Assembly (NCBI RefSeq): GCF_006345805.1
Contig: NC_043005.1
Span: 39,990,001 to 40,054,000, forward strand
DNA length: 64,000 bases
Origin: Octopus sinensis
Taxonomy: Eukaryota
Direction of reading: 5' to 3'
The notes beneath the pieces are model-generated. The model saw only the letters and a program-made list of their open reading frames with translations. It was not told the DNA's origin and did no database searches. Both the position numbers and the translations under genes were made by a program. Shown here in pieces: positions 26,601 to 42,442 of the stretch. Each line of letters begins with the position of its first letter. Position 1 is the first letter of the stretch.

Positions 26601-29600
26601 AGAGAGGACATTCAGCAAGAGCGACAAGATCTGTGGAGCATGAAGAAATGAATTTAGAGTGCAAATAATTTCACTCATTAAAATACATTTACTTTTTGGA
26701 GCTCCTCTGAAATTAGGAGCCCAGAAGCCTTACTGTTATAAATCTGAGTTCCAATCTTTATAACCATCTAAACTTTAACACTGTTAAAAGAAATTAGAAA
26801 AATGAATTTGATTATACATATACAAAAATGACTTGCAAAATGATTTATAATCAAGTAACTTAAACATACAAAAAATAGAGGATAATATTTTCCAAATCAG
26901 TGTTATATTCATATGAGTTTGAGTATGTGATGCATTTTCTACAAGAATTGGAAATTCTTCTAAAAATAAATTGAATCTATCTTGAAAAAGTCAGTAGCTG
27001 TCATTGGAAATTAAATTTGTAACTGACATTTTCTACTGTTTTACTGCATTAGAAATTCATATTCCATAATTAATATTCTACACAGTCTTTGAAAAATTAC
27101 CCTGAAACAACCCTACAATTCATGTACATGAAAAATGCATACCAAAGTAAACTGGCTCAATGGTAGATGCAAATATAAAAGAAACTTAATAAAAACTAAT
27201 TTACTGTTGAAAGATGGAATTCTATAACAACTTTTTCACATTTTATGCAGAAGGTGGCACTACAAGATTGTAATGATAATAAAAATACCTAAAAAAAACC
27301 CATTTAATTTCAAGTAATTTGGAGAAGAAAGGACAATTCTTCATCAAAACTATAAGTATCAGTTTAGAAACAAATATTTCTGATTTGTTTTTGCTAATTT
27401 CAGGAACTCAAGGTCAAGTTTCTTCTCTTCAATATGCATTTCAAACATTAAGAAGTGCAATTGCACAGAGGGAGTTCATTTTTACTGTTAATGTTGGAAA
27501 TGTAAGTATTTTTCAATTTGAAAATGCTTTTGACTTTCATGTTTATCTTTTTAATGCCATGTAGGAATATATTTATGTGTTTATTATATGTTTATAAAGT
27601 TATACTCATTTGGAAATTATGTAATAGATCTGATCAACAAATTGTCCATGCCAATTCTAATCGATTGTTGCAAGATAGTAAAGAAAATATATAAGTATTT
27701 GAGATATATAGGTGAGGAAATAATATTTAGTTAGAAACAACTTGGGCTGCATAACTGATAGTCAGTTCTGTAATATCAGAGTTTGTGTAAGTTAGAAAGT
27801 TATAAATATATGGTAACTTACTACAACGGTACGACTGGGTAGATGGAAAATATCTAGATTTTATAAAATTAAAAGACTGTTCAAAATTAATAAAGTCTGC
27901 CCAAGAGTAAGAAAATTAAATAATTGTATTTATAGCATCCATTTTGTTGCAGAACTTACAAAAGTAAAGCTCTTAACCTCAAAATAGGGCAGTGAAATTT
28001 TTCATTTTCTAATAATCAATAAATTAGTTGAACATGCATAATGCAAAAATATAAGTCAAATAACATTGTAGGATAGGGTTTTCAATATAGTCAAAGAACC
28101 AAAGAGAAACATCGAGATCATTATATCACAACTAGGCATAATCAGATGAACATATTAAGCCTGTCATATGCATGTTATTGTGCAGTTAATTAAGCAATTT
28201 ATCATCACCATTATTATCATCAGGTTGAGTTTGCTTGAATTCCGATGACTCTGATTTTCATCTATCTTTATCTTCCAGGGTACTGTCCAGAGTCATCACT
28301 TAAATGATCACTGTATGTCTTTGCTGGGTAAACTAATGTAATTTTAATTTGCTTGAGTGTCGATTGTTGGATGTCACTAACCAGCAACATAAACTCTTCT
28401 TTCTTGAATACTTTAGGAGGCTTCTTTTATAATTTTTCTTTGTTGGGAAATGCTTTCTAGGACATATTCAAAATGGCATGAATCATACATGTATCAGTGC
28501 CGTCTAGCTTGGTTTCAAATTTTTTGGTTAGCTTCCAGGTGAAAGAGCCATGAAACAACCAAGACTCAATCACTAAGCAAATGAAGTTTCTTTTACAATC
28601 TCCTGGTTGCTTAGATTTCCATATTACGTGAGATTTTAAACGCTTCCCAATTTTTGCTGATACATATCTAAGCATCTGACTCTGAAGATGTTATGTTGTT
28701 TCCAAGGTACATAAAAGAATTTGATGATTTAATTGAACTTCCAGATAATGAGGTGATTGTACCTTATAAATTTTAACTGATGAATTCTATTTTACTAGAG
28801 TTAATATAGAAACCAATGCCTTTTGTAGCTCTTCCAGTCTTTGAAATAGGATAATGGTTACTATATAGGACTAAGTTATCAGCATAATTTTCATTTTTAT
28901 TGTTGAATTGGATATCTGAAACTTTTTTTTTTATTTTGTGAGGATAAAGCCAAGTTCCTTTTTGTAATTTACTAAAGTGTAGTGAGCATAATCAAGACAG
29001 GTTTTGAATAAGAAAGGTGCTAGGATATCTCCTTGTGAAAAATCTGCAAGAATGACTAAAAAATTTGTCTCCATCGGGTGAACACATGTTGTTTTGTAGA
29101 GCATCCTTTTTGCAACTATTATTTCTTGAAGGATTTCATTGGCTAGTAGAATTTGTTGCATCTTACTTCTGTGAATTAAGTCAAAAGCTTTAGAAAAATC
29201 TATAAACAATGGAATGATAGGAAGAGTTTTTGTTTGAACATACGTTATTATTAATCTGCCAATTGAGATTTAACTGGTTATTGAACAAATGCATATCTAT
29301 AATTTACCATTTTTTCGAGAATTTTTTAAAAATTTAATCATAATAATCCATATCTAATACAAATTTCTGCAAATGCTCTACATTTCTATTAGATGATTTT
29401 TTCAAATGTATATTTGTGATATTTATTACATCAATTTTCAAACTTATATCTTCTTCTATCAAAACAATGTACCTTGGTATTTGCTGAGGAAGTCTATAAC
29501 TTTGATGTTCTTCATTTCAATGTTGACAGCAACTGCTCTAGTTGATTAATTCAATGAACTGATAAATTGCATTCAGAATGTAAGCATTAAAAATTGAAAA

Positions 29601-32600
29601 TATCATAGAACATTTACATTTAAGTAATATAGATTTGTTTTTAGGTTCTACAGTTGATTTTTTCAAATACTAGTAGAAGCCAAAACCACAGCAGAACATG
29701 TTCCTTGTTTGATCATGTGACAAGTGATGCAAGATGAATATCTAGGCAGTGTTAAAATCATATTAAATCTTTCAATGGTTGAATAACACCTATGGTTGCT
29801 AGTTCTGTGGATGTGAGTTATTGCTCTCATTCAGAACTAGACAGCACTAGTCAATGCCAACAATACAATTCCAAATTCCACATTTTGTGAGCTTCTCCAT
29901 CAATCATTGCTTAATTGATTTCTCCACAAAAAATCTGTTCATTCCCGAGGATTCTGACTGTGATTCTCATTTAGTATGATCCTGTACTTAGACCTGCTCA
30001 ACTGGGTTAGATTAATTTTCACTGGTATAGCTCCTTGTATTATAAAGATATACAAGCCCTGCCAGCATGATCAAAGCTAGTATCATGACTGATACAGAAA
30101 AATAATGTTTAAGGTGTTACTGGACCTAGTGTCACGTTGTGTCCTTGAGCAAGGCACTTTACTTCATGTTGCTTCAGTCTATTCAGCTCCATGAGAGTAC
30201 CAGTAACCATTTGGGGTTAAACTTTGCGATAAATTGGTTTCTGTCAGGGTAAATTATGTACTCTTAATCTCTGAAATACCTCAGGTACCTGAAATAAGCT
30301 CTCAGTAAATGAGCCAGTTGGCATGAAATAGACTTAAGCATCTTACAAAGTGTTGAATTTGACAAACATCTTCCCTTATGGCTTGTGACATAAACCTATT
30401 AAAGCCACTTAAAATAATCCTTTCTACAATGTGAATAGACAAAAAGTTCTTATTTCAAACTTAGCCAAAGTATTTGTGTATGTGTAGAAATAGAACACCT
30501 GAATATACTGATCAAAATGAAATATAAAATGCCAGATAAAAATGTAGGCTTATTAACCAAATGCTATTGAAAATATCTATAATAGAACAACTTGGTTAAA
30601 GAAAAGTTATTTTAAATAAATAATGAGACTTAGTGAGTTACATGGAAATTTAGAAAAAATCATTTAAGTATGTAAATAACGAGCTCATAATCAAAGAATT
30701 TTTACTCTTAAACTTAAAAGAGAGCATGTAATAAACAACTGTATGGTAACTGAAGAATCTAGCACAAATCAAATCATGAACCTGAAATTACTAACCATCT
30801 CCTGGATTTTTAATAATGTTATTTAAGTTATAGTAAGAACAAATATAACTACATATTTACTAGTCGGACTGGTCATCTGCAGTGACTTCTTTTGATTTCC
30901 TTGTGTAAAGAAGAGTCCATTTATTTAAGTGTGCATTTGGATTTGTGCAACTGTAACCATTTGTACTATATTTCACTACTGTAAAGAGTACACCAAAAAT
31001 GTTCTTAAAATACATGCAGTAATGTTTAAATTTGATCATTGTATCATACAAATATAAAAAGAGGGTTACTTCATATGCTATTTCGTATTAGGTTGATTTT
31101 TGTAGAAGGATGATCTTACAGAATGAAAAAAAGCATCCACAAACATAGCAAATGACAGGTTATATTAAGTTACTCTTTTACTCTTTTACTTGTTTCAGTC
31201 ATTTTGACTGCGGCCATGCTGGAGCACCGCCTTTAGTCGAGCAAATCGACCCCAGGACTTATTCTTTGTAAGCCCAGTACTTATTCTATCGGTCTCTTTT
31301 GCCGAACCGCTAAGTAACGGGGACATAAACACACCAGCATCGGTTGTCAAGCAATGCTAGGGGGACAAACACAGACACACAAACATACACATATATATAT
31401 ATATACATATATATGACAGGCTTCTTTCAGTTTCCATCTACCAAATCCACTCACAAGGCATTGGTCGGCCCGGGGCTATAGCAGAAGACACTTGCCCAAG
31501 ATGCCACACAGTGGGACTGAACCCGAACCATGTGGTTCGTAAGCAAGCTACTTACCACACAGCCACTCCTGCACCTTGTTCATGTTATTTGTTATTCATG
31601 CATGAACTTTAAAATGACCATCCCCAAATACAACAATACTTGTTTCAAAACATGATTCCACATCAAGAGTCTTGCAAAACAAATGCATAAATGTAACAAC
31701 CTAAATATTATTTTATTTGAATTTAAAAAAAATAAAGATTTTTCTGTTTTCCAAAATTTGTTATGTTTTTCTTTATATATTATTACACAGATTCAAGCAG
31801 AATACATAGGCCTACATGTTAGACTGGATGCAGGTAAATATCTTTATGTTTTTAGCATCAAGATATCGGTTTACATTATAAACTGTACATTTCACTGTAA
31901 TGAAGTATTTGCATTCTGTTTGTATTTATTAAGGAAAACTCCATAAACCAAGTCTTCCAAATTTTGATGATGATTTTCAGTACCAATCAGAAATTGTAAC
32001 ACCCAGTAAGAACCATATGGAACTAGTAAAAGTGAGTTAATATTTACTTTTACTTTTGATAGATATCATAAAAGAAATTAAATTTGTGACATAAATAAAT
32101 ATTCATTTTTTTGTTAAGGAGACCAACTAGATGAATACATTAATAAAATTTAATAGTTTTGGGGGGGATTTTTCATATAATTGCATGAATCAAAATTAAA
32201 TAGTAAAGTGTAGATCTTTATCATTTTGATAAAAATAAATAAAATAAATGTGCCCTTTTAAAGCCTAACCAGGCTCATGGGCCCGGTTTCCCGGTTTCTA
32301 TGGCATGTGTTCCCCAGCTGGATGGGATACCAGTCCATCGCAGTGTTACTCATTTTTGCCAGCTGAGTGGACTGGAACAATGTGAAATGAAGTGTTTTGC
32401 TCAAGAACACAATGCGTCGCCAGGTCCAGGAATCGAAACCACAATCTTACGATCATGATGCTGACATCCTAACCACTAAGCCACGCACCTCCACTCTGTT
32501 ATTTTGATACCAGGTTTTATTGTTTAAAGTTATAAAGTGAATACAAGTATGTGTATTGATGTGTGCATGTATGTGTGTATGTGTGTGTAAGTGTGTGTGA

Positions 32601-35600
32601 GAGTGTAGGTATGACAGGGTGTTTTTGACATGAAAATTAAACCATTCAAATTTTTGATCTAATGTTAATTGTGTTAAACTCCCACCATCACTTGTACACA
32701 CAAGTAGTCCATATCCGATGGTGGGCTATAATGTAATACAAAGAACACAGTAATAAAAATAAGAAAAAAAACATGGACATAACTTGGTAATTCTTTATTC
32801 CAATTGTTACATATTTTTTAGTATCCATTGCTACAGATGCAGCTTACAGGGCCAGCATGGAGCAAACACATCATCAGACAATTAGACAATCATTTTTTTT
32901 TTTCCAGTTGTCTGACAATATCTTTGCTTCATGCTTGCCCTATAGTTTGCATCTACTTATTGCATTTGTAAAGTGATAACATGTGCTGCAGAATACTGAA
33001 ACATATGTAACAATTGTAATAAAGGAGTACCAAGTTATGCCCATATTCTTCTATTTCTCTTATACATACATACACACACATACAATTTCTAAATTCCTGT
33101 TTTGTTGTGTGTGTGTGTGTGTTTTCTCATTTTCATCTTTACATATTTTCCCTTAAAATATTGACTTGGTGAGTTACAACATTTACTCCAAGAGTTTCAT
33201 TATCTCATCATTTATTATCCCTGTTTGTTCTCTTTTCATTATCATTAATTAACTATTTCATAAATATTTACCACACATACCACCTTTGTCATTGACATGG
33301 TATTTTCTTGACAATTAGCAAGAAAATACTTCAGTTCAGTTATTTGTTTTCGGTCTATCTCTCATCCTTCCCCTGTCTCATTCTTACTATTCTGCTGTTC
33401 CCACACACACATGCACACACTTTTTCTGCACTGTTATTCATCTCCTATTATCTCCTATCTCCTCTAAGTCATATTCATCATAAGTCACATCCCACCTCTT
33501 TGTAATCTCTAGCTACATCCTCCTCTCAGCCCTGTCCAGTCTCTACAGTTGTCACCTACTCTTCCCTTCTTTCTTTACTTATCCTTCCTTAACACCTGTT
33601 CCTTATTATCTTCACCCATTCATTTCTCATTTCTAACCATCTTCCTATCTACCACACACTTTTGCAATCTCTACTCACCCATACTCCCTGATTTCCTGTC
33701 CCCTTTTATTTCTACTCACCTCGTACCTTGAGAGTCCATTCTGATACTTCCTTATATTTTTATCTCCTCCCAGCTCCATGCCGTCCACTCTCACTTTCTC
33801 TTCTATAATGTGAGTTGTCATATAACTGCTCTACAGCAAGAAACTTGTTCTGTTGTGGTCCTCTTCTCTCAAACTTTAACTTACATCTCCCAGAATAAAG
33901 CTTCTTTCTTTTCTACTGTGTCTCCATTCAGTCAAAGGAGGCTGTAGTCTTACAAACTGTATTGCAACCTCATTAGTGTTAATGCCATGGAAAGTACCTA
34001 GCACTCACTGTAAAGCTTTAGGAAGAACATCCAGACATAGAAACCAAAGAAGACATCAGAGTACAATGCTGTCCCCTGACCATCATCATATCCATTCAAA
34101 TCATCCAGCCTATTGGAACATGAACTTTAAATGGTGATGGTATATTGAGTTCAACTGTGAACTTTCAGTTTGGTCAACTGAACTACCAAACTCATTGAAC
34201 TAGCATGTAAATGGCTGAGCATTCCACTTATAACTGTGCCTTTAATGTAAACCACAGGTGAAATCAACAGGACATAATGTGGCATGGGTAAATCTTTGAT
34301 TTACAGATGCAATCCATCCACTATGCTTCCACATAGTTTCTGTCTATCCAATTTCATTGACAAAATATGAATTGACTTGTAATACAGGAATAACACTTGC
34401 TCATGATGCCAAGTTAAACAAGTTCAATTCAGACAAAAATAAATAATTTACCTTAGATTTAAAATCACTAATTTATCTAATATTTTATGTCGCACTAGTT
34501 CTGTGGAAAAAGACATAGTTCTGGTTCCATGCAATGGTTTGGTACAGCTTATCCAATAATATTTGGAGAAAGTGTATTTACATAATTTCTTTATGAATTA
34601 AGCAAGTGGAACAGCTTTAGCTATTACATCAAATGAATTTGGTTTTTAATGTTTATTCAGTCATAAATTAAAAAGATAATAAGGGATTAAGGTTTTGATT
34701 AATAATTGTTAGTGAAAGAGACTCAGGAAATTCACAGCAGGAAATTTCAGTATATATAAATGATTTCAATACTTTATGTAAAGTTCTAGATAATTGGCTG
34801 AGGATACAGTAACTTTGCTTGAGCACTTGGCTTTAAAAATGATTCTCTCTATTACAATAAAAGCAAAATTCTGTCTGTCCATCTGAGACCCTGTATTTCA
34901 GTCTACATTTGCTCTGCATAAACATATGCCTTTTTGGAATCAGAATGATCCTGGGATTGAAAATCTGCCCTTCATTTAGTTCTTGAACATCCAGTATTGG
35001 GATCTGATTTAAAAGCATTTGGGTTGTTATTTCTAGTAAGTAAAGCTTGGCTGATTCACACCATCTTGGTTGGCATTTGTCAGATGACGTCAGAGATCAA
35101 GGTGGAGATAAATGATATTTGCTTCATCAATTTTACATCAAGTTAAGAATTTTGAGACAAATTGGCCAAAGGGTGAAATTCAACATGGGACTGAAACAAT
35201 AGAATGATTGCATTACAGAATTAATTCTCATCTTTAACCTCTGAGCAAACAACAACAAGGTATATAGTCTTTATAGACTGTAGTCATGCTATTTAGCTCT
35301 CCTTAGTTTTGGGCCACAGGCCCTATTAACCCTCCGCAGGAGCTAGTTTAAAAGTTCACATGGAGTGCAGCTTTTAAGCTAGAATTAATAAAAGGAAAAT
35401 AATTAATAAAAGGAAAATAATTAATAAAAGGAAAATAATTAATAAAAGGAAAATAAAAGCATTCTGATGAAATTAATTTCTTTTCATTTAGATATTTTAT
35501 GATAAAACAAAAAATTTATCAAGGTTCGATGTAAACCAAGAACACTGTTCAAATTTATGCACTGGACCTTCAGAAGTTATACAAGATTTTACAAGAGGTA

Positions 35601-38600
35601 AGTTTTTATTACATAATTATCATAAGTTTGAGGTTAGAGGATGATAATCATAAGTTTTTGACAGTATTTCCTTTCTTGACTTTTCTATTTTTCCGCGTTT
35701 TCACTGTTGCGAATATATAAATACAGGATATTTGGGCTAAATTTCACAGTTCTTGTAAAAGGAAAAGAAAACACAAAATTCCATACTAAAATAAAAGTAT
35801 TCTAAAAAAATATTAAAAAACATCAACTAGATTATGGCTAAGAGATCACTTAAAGTAGCCACCCTCAGCTTCCATCATGGCTTCATGAAGGCTCCAAAAT
35901 CTGGTGCATGCATTACTCACAGAATCCCTGAGAAGATCTTCAAACACCTCCTTGATCTTGGCTACCAGGTTGGCTTTGGTGTTTCAAGCAGAGCAGTTGA
36001 TGCCTTTCTCAACCATACCCCTCACGCAATAGTCCACAGGATTACAATCAGGAGAATTAGGAGGCCAGAAATTGAGGCACGTAAAATTTACTGACAACCA
36101 CTTCTAACTTTTCTGGGCATATGGCAAGGAGTAAAAAACACTTGCAGCCACACATATAGCTTTCCAACAGCACCCCTCTCCAGGCAGGGTTTGACCACAA
36201 TTTCCAGCTGCTTCACATAGCTGTCTGAATTGAGCCCAAGGCCCTGTTCAAAGACATGGAGTAACATAATATCATCCTCACTGGAGACACACACAAAGGT
36301 CAGCTTGGGGGAACGAACTGGGCTTTCATAATATGTGGGACATGTCTATGTCACATGGCCTTTACAGTGTTCACAGAGCATTGAACAGCAGTCATGATGT
36401 CAGCATTTTGACACTTATGTGAATCATGAGATAGGTAACTCTTTTCCAATATTCAGATGGCTTTCAGTCTTGCATGTCACCTAACTTTTTCTCAACAATT
36501 TTAATCTTTAATATTTATGCTCTCCAATACTGTTAACCGTTCACCAATACATCAAGCTATTCTTGAAGAAAAGGGACATAAAAATTTGTCAAATTTAACC
36601 TGTACACTTTGTATGTAAGCAAGACGAGTTTTAATATTTTAAAAAAGTAGCATTACTAAATAAGTGTTTTTAAAAAGATATCTATTAATTTTCAAATGAA
36701 TATTCTAATTATGGTAGTTATTCTTTTCATTTATTCACTTATTTAAAGGTGTTTCCTACGTGATAGAGAAATCTAAGGGATCCTGCCAAATTCAACCTCT
36801 TTTTCAAGCTTTTGATGTGTCACAAAGTAGAATGGAAAGTGGTGCACAGTTGTTCTATTTTGACAATACATATAAGTATGTTGGCCAAGTAAGTAATATC
36901 AGTTTTATTACATTTCCTTTTTATCTCATTTATTATTTAGTTGATAATCCAAGCAGATTAGATATACCCTGGCTCACTGTTGATGATATCAAAACTGAAA
37001 TAAATACTAAATATTATTATGCAAGAAGAAAATATTTTTAAAAACTATCACAAATAATGGGTTGTGTTAGACAAAGCATATTATTCTTCTGAAATAGAAA
37101 ATAATTTCTTCTAATTCCAAGTATATTCATCCTTAGTTGCTCACATTTTGGAGTTGAACAACTGAATTAAGGAAAGCATCCAAGTATCAAAAGAAATTTT
37201 CTAGTCAAGTCCCATAAAATCTTTCAAGTTTTCTTGCTCATACCAGCATAGAGAACAGCTATTTTAAAATACTTTAATAGATAAAAGAAAATAATATTTG
37301 GAAATGAAGTTTTGCATTTATCTCATTGGCCTCATCATGGATTGCCATCATATGTGATGGTGGTATTTCCCATCAAAGACAACGTATAACGTATGAGAGT
37401 TCAGCTTTTACAAACGACCTGCACAAATGATTTGTTTATAGTGATCGAATGTATGTGCTGTACATTAAGCTCACTCACTCCATCAAATCAACATAGCCTG
37501 AACAGGTGCAATTTGTACCATGAGTCAGGTGTTGAAGTGATGATCATAGAGCAGCATGAGATTGAGTGTTTTGCTCAAGAACACAATGCACCTCCTGGTC
37601 TAGGAATTGGAACCATAATCCCACGATCATGAGTGCAACACCCTAACCACTAGTCCATGTGCCATCGTATGTACCGATGCATGTTCATGAAGCATATGAG
37701 TTGCATGTAAATCCTTCCATCTGTTGAAATATTTTCATAGAATATGAAATGTTAGTTTGATGGTAGTTTTATGATATGTTAATATGCATCAGTCTGCACT
37801 GGGATAATGTGCATACTACACACATTCACATTCTGGCTTACAACAAAATGGTGATTTGCTTAATAATTCATCAATGTTCAGCATTTTCTATTATCATATC
37901 TTGCTTTATCTCATTTATTGCTGTCTTCGTATAGTCTTATCTACAACCATTATATTTTATGTCTTCACATGGTTTCACTTACTGCTATTACACTATCATG
38001 TCCTTCACAATGCCTAATATGTTGCAATTTCAAAGTAATGTCCTTACTTTGTGTCATCTAATACTGTTAAAATGTCATTACTGTTAATGCACTGGTATCT
38101 TCTTCGATGAAGCAACTGAGTAAAATGTGTATACTTATTACCTACTACCTTCTATTCAGTCATCTCTACCATGTATCACATTATAAGCCCATAAACTATC
38201 ATTATCATCATCATCATCGTTTAACGTCTGTTTTCCATGCTGGCATGGGTTGGACAGTTCGATTATGGTCTGGAAAGCCAGTCGGCTGCACCAGGTACCA
38301 GTCTGATCTGGCAATGTTTCTACAGCTAGATGCCCCTCCAAACACCAACCACTCTGAGAGTGTAGTAGGTGCTTTTTATGTACCACCAGTGCAGGGGCTA
38401 GAGGGGGCTGGCATCAATCATGATTAGATGGTGCTTTTTAGATGCCACCGGTACAGGAGCCAGTCAAGGCAGTGCTGGTATTGGCCGCGTTTGGATGGTG
38501 CTTTTTACATGTCACCGGCACAGAAACCAGTCAGGGTGGATTGGCTGGCATCGACTATGTTCAGATGGTGCTTTTTATGGGCCACTGGCACAGGGACCAC

Positions 38601-41600
38601 AACTGCAGTTTCCATTTGATTGTGATTTAATTTCATTTTGATGTTACTGTACTTGACTCAATAGATCTCTTCAAGCACGGCATGTTACCCTACAATCCAA
38701 GGGTACTTTTTGAGTTGGCTGGTTATGCGACACTGTGGTTACAGCAGCGATCTCACTTTATTTGCCAGGTCTTCTCAGTCACAGCATATCTCCAGAGGTC
38801 TCTGTCTTTTGTCATTTCCTCTGTAAGGCCCAGCATTCGAAGGTCATGCTTCTCCACCTCATCCCATGTCTTCCTGGGTCTCATTCTACTCCGGATTCCT
38901 CCCACTGTTTGGGAGTGGCACTTCTTCACATCTGAAGTACATGACCATACCAATGCAAACATCTCTCTTGCATGCCACATCCAACATTTCTCTCGGGGCA
39001 CTTACACTCTATTGTGTGTGCACACTGACATTACACATCCAGCAGATCATGCCAGCTTCATTTCTTTTGAGCCTATGCAAGTCTTCAGCAGTCACAGCCC
39101 ATGTTTCACTGCCATGAAGCATGGCAGTTTGCACACATGCATCGTACAATCTACCTTTCACTCTGTGTGAGAAGCCCTTTGTCACCAGAAGGAGTAGAAG
39201 CTGTCTGAACTTTGCCCAGGCAATTATTATTCTAGTGGTAATGCTCTCTGAGTATCCATCCCCACAACTGACTTGGTCCCCTAGATAGCAGAAACTATCA
39301 GCAACTTCTAGTTTCTCCCCCTGGCATGTGATGGAATCTATTTTCTTAGCATCTGTGGCATTTATTGCCCCTGTACATCTGTCACACCTGAAAGCTGTCT
39401 TCCCGGTTAATCTTCCTTTGATGCTGCACTTTTTGGCATCCATAGCTTATACTGGGTACATCTTATGGAGTTTCTACCTACACCTTTTCTACAGATTGAG
39501 CAGGGCCACCTACCTGAATGTGTTCACCTTCCTACTTACTAGAACTTTGGTCTTTGCGACATTGACTCTAAGGCCCATCGACTCTAAACCTTGCTTCTAC
39601 ACCTGGAATTTCTTCTCTAGTTCTGGTAGTAATTCTGCTATGATGACCAGGTCATCAGCATAGAGGAGCTCCCAGGGACAACATGTCTTGAATTCCTCTG
39701 TTATTGCCAGGAGGACAATGATAAATAAGAATGGGCAGAGGGCTGATCCTTGGTGGACCCCTACTTCTACCTGGAATTCTTTACTATACTCATTGCCAAC
39801 CCTAACCTTACTAATGGCATCTCTTTATAGGGCCTGTACAGCTCTTATTAACCATTCATCAATTCTCCGCTTCCACAGGGAATCTGTCAAAGGCTTTCTC
39901 CAAGTCCACAAAAGCCAAGGTTTTTTTTTTTAATGCCTTCTTTAGTAACTGTATTCTTCTGAAACTCACTCTGATGAAATTTTTGGCTCACCATTAACAT
40001 AAAATTATTCAAACTGAACATTAAACATATTTACCTTGCTCAGTTATCTCTATCTACTGCCTGTAAGGACAATGAGTACTGCTTGTTTCTCCTTAATTTA
40101 AATTATTAAAATGAAAGATTTAAAGAAATATTACAAAATGGAATGTTTATTTTCATTTTAATATATTTCCCCCTTAAGAAAAAATTCAAGCCAAAGTTCA
40201 GTTACATATTTGGTATTTAATTTAATGTACTCCAATAAACAAGTAGAATTTTTTTATTAATTTAATTTTTTTTTAAATGTTTTACTCTCTTTTATAGCAA
40301 CATATTCGTGGTATACTGACAAACATCTTTGAATCCCATGTGGCTGCATTTCAAAATAACCTCTTTCGCTTCTACTTTCTGGATGTAAGTGGCAATTTAA
40401 AAATTTTGTTTTATGATAAGAATTGTAAAGAGCTAATTAATCATATTATCATATGCTTACTGTATGTGTATTGTTTACAAGCCAGGAACTGCAGTTTTTC
40501 ATCTGAGAAAGAGTCCTTTCAAGATGTATAGCATTAAAAAAAAACGTATACTTTAGAACTAGAGAAAACAAAATCACCCTGGAAGTGGAAACAAGAGCAC
40601 CAGATACAGTATTTCACTGTTTTTGCCACTTATCAATTCCCCACATGTGCCTCACTTTGGAAATGCAATTGGAATTACTAGTCTGAAATATATACAAAGT
40701 GATACTGAAAAGTTCCTGGCTTTGGGTAAAAGAAAATACAGGAGCATCAGTTAATTATGATTTTCTTCAACATACTCCCCTCTCAGATTCACACACTTAT
40801 TGCAGCAGTTCTTCAGTTTTTCTAAGCCTTGTAGAAGAACTCGGAAGATTGGACCACCAGCCAGGCCTTTTGTAATACCCTCAAAGCCAGGAACTTTTCA
40901 GTGTTCCCTCATGCAGAGCTAAGCGAGGTCCCTACACTGCTCCCCATGCAGAGTAAAAAAATTCTTTATTAAAACATGCCTTACTTCTAAATATAAGTTT
41001 AGAATCTATTAATTTTTTTACTTAAAAATTTATCCGTGGTTAATTTCTAATTATATTTCTTTATAGGAAAATTGGAGTGGTAGTCCATTTTTTGTACCAG
41101 TAAAATTGGAAATGGTGTCAGATAGTGTAAGTATTTTTTCAATTTAAATATGTGTCTGTGTGCATGTGTGTGCATGTGGTGTGTGTGTGTGTGTGTGTGG
41201 TATGTGTGTGTTTGTGTGTGTGCTTGTGTGAGTGTGTGTGTGCATATACACATATCATCGTCATCATTTTTACATCTACTTCCCATGTGCTTCCTTGGGT
41301 TGATTGAGTGTTCACTAATACAAAAGTTTACCACTTGTTGCATTCCTTTGACTTCTTTTTTGTGAGGCTATGCTCTGCTTCCCAAGATTAGCTTTCACCA
41401 CTTTTTCTCATGTTTTTCCTAAGGTTCCTTCTTCCTCTGATTCTTTCAACATGAGTCTTTATAGCACTTGTTCATCCACCTGCCATCATCCATATGGATT
41501 ACAAGTCCATACCCAGCATGGCCATCTATCTGGAATACTACATTTGATACTTCTTATACTAAATTTTTCTCAGTTTATTTGTGCCTGATCATTTATGCAC

Positions 41601-42401
41601 ACTGACATTTCACATCCAGTAAATTATACTCAATTCATTTCTTTCCAACCTTCACACACTCTCAGCATTCAGTGCCTATGTCTTATCATGACGCAGCATT
41701 GCAATTCATATACAAGCATCATACATTTCACCCCTTTCTCAGATAGAACCCCCTTGTTAAACAAGGTCACAGCACTGAGAACTTTTTTTTACCTTATTCC
41801 AAAATTGGCTGCTGTGCTTTCAGAACACCTTCCTCCTCTGTTGATTTGGTCACCTAGGTAACAGAAGCTATCGACTGCTTCAATAGAGACTTGTAAATAT
41901 TTCAAGGAATATATTTTGCTAGTGTCCTGAGGGTTAATTATTTCTGTACATCTAAAACAGGCAAAGCTTTTAGTTACTGTCAGGTTACCTTTGATCCCAC
42001 TACACTTCTAGGATACTCATAGATCATATTGGGTACATCCTATTTCTCCCTGATCCCATTCTGCATACTGAACATGATGACCGTTTCCCTATCATTCTCA
42101 TTGTACTGTCTTCTTTTCTAACTGAAGAAGGGGGTATAATTTGAAGAAAGAGACAGGCTTGTTGTCTGGATATTAGAGGACAGTTGTTATGAGCTAGCTG
42201 AATCGTTAGCATGTCAGGCAAATGCTTAGTGCATTTCATCCATCTTTACATTCTGAGTTCAAATATTGCCAAGGTCTACTTTGCCTTTTATCCTTTCAGG
42301 GTCGATAAAATAAGTACCAGTTGAGTACCAGGGTTGATGTAATCAACTATCCCTCTCCCCAAATTTCAGGCCTTGTGCCTATAGTAGAAAGGATGATTAT
42401 A

Positions 42402-42442
<41 letters not shown>

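Noticed and set aside
27086-27160. Remnant PAN exon in intron 8 (acceptor then FEKLP*)
   Set aside because: Stop after six codons and no C-x3-C or F-x-Y-C pattern.
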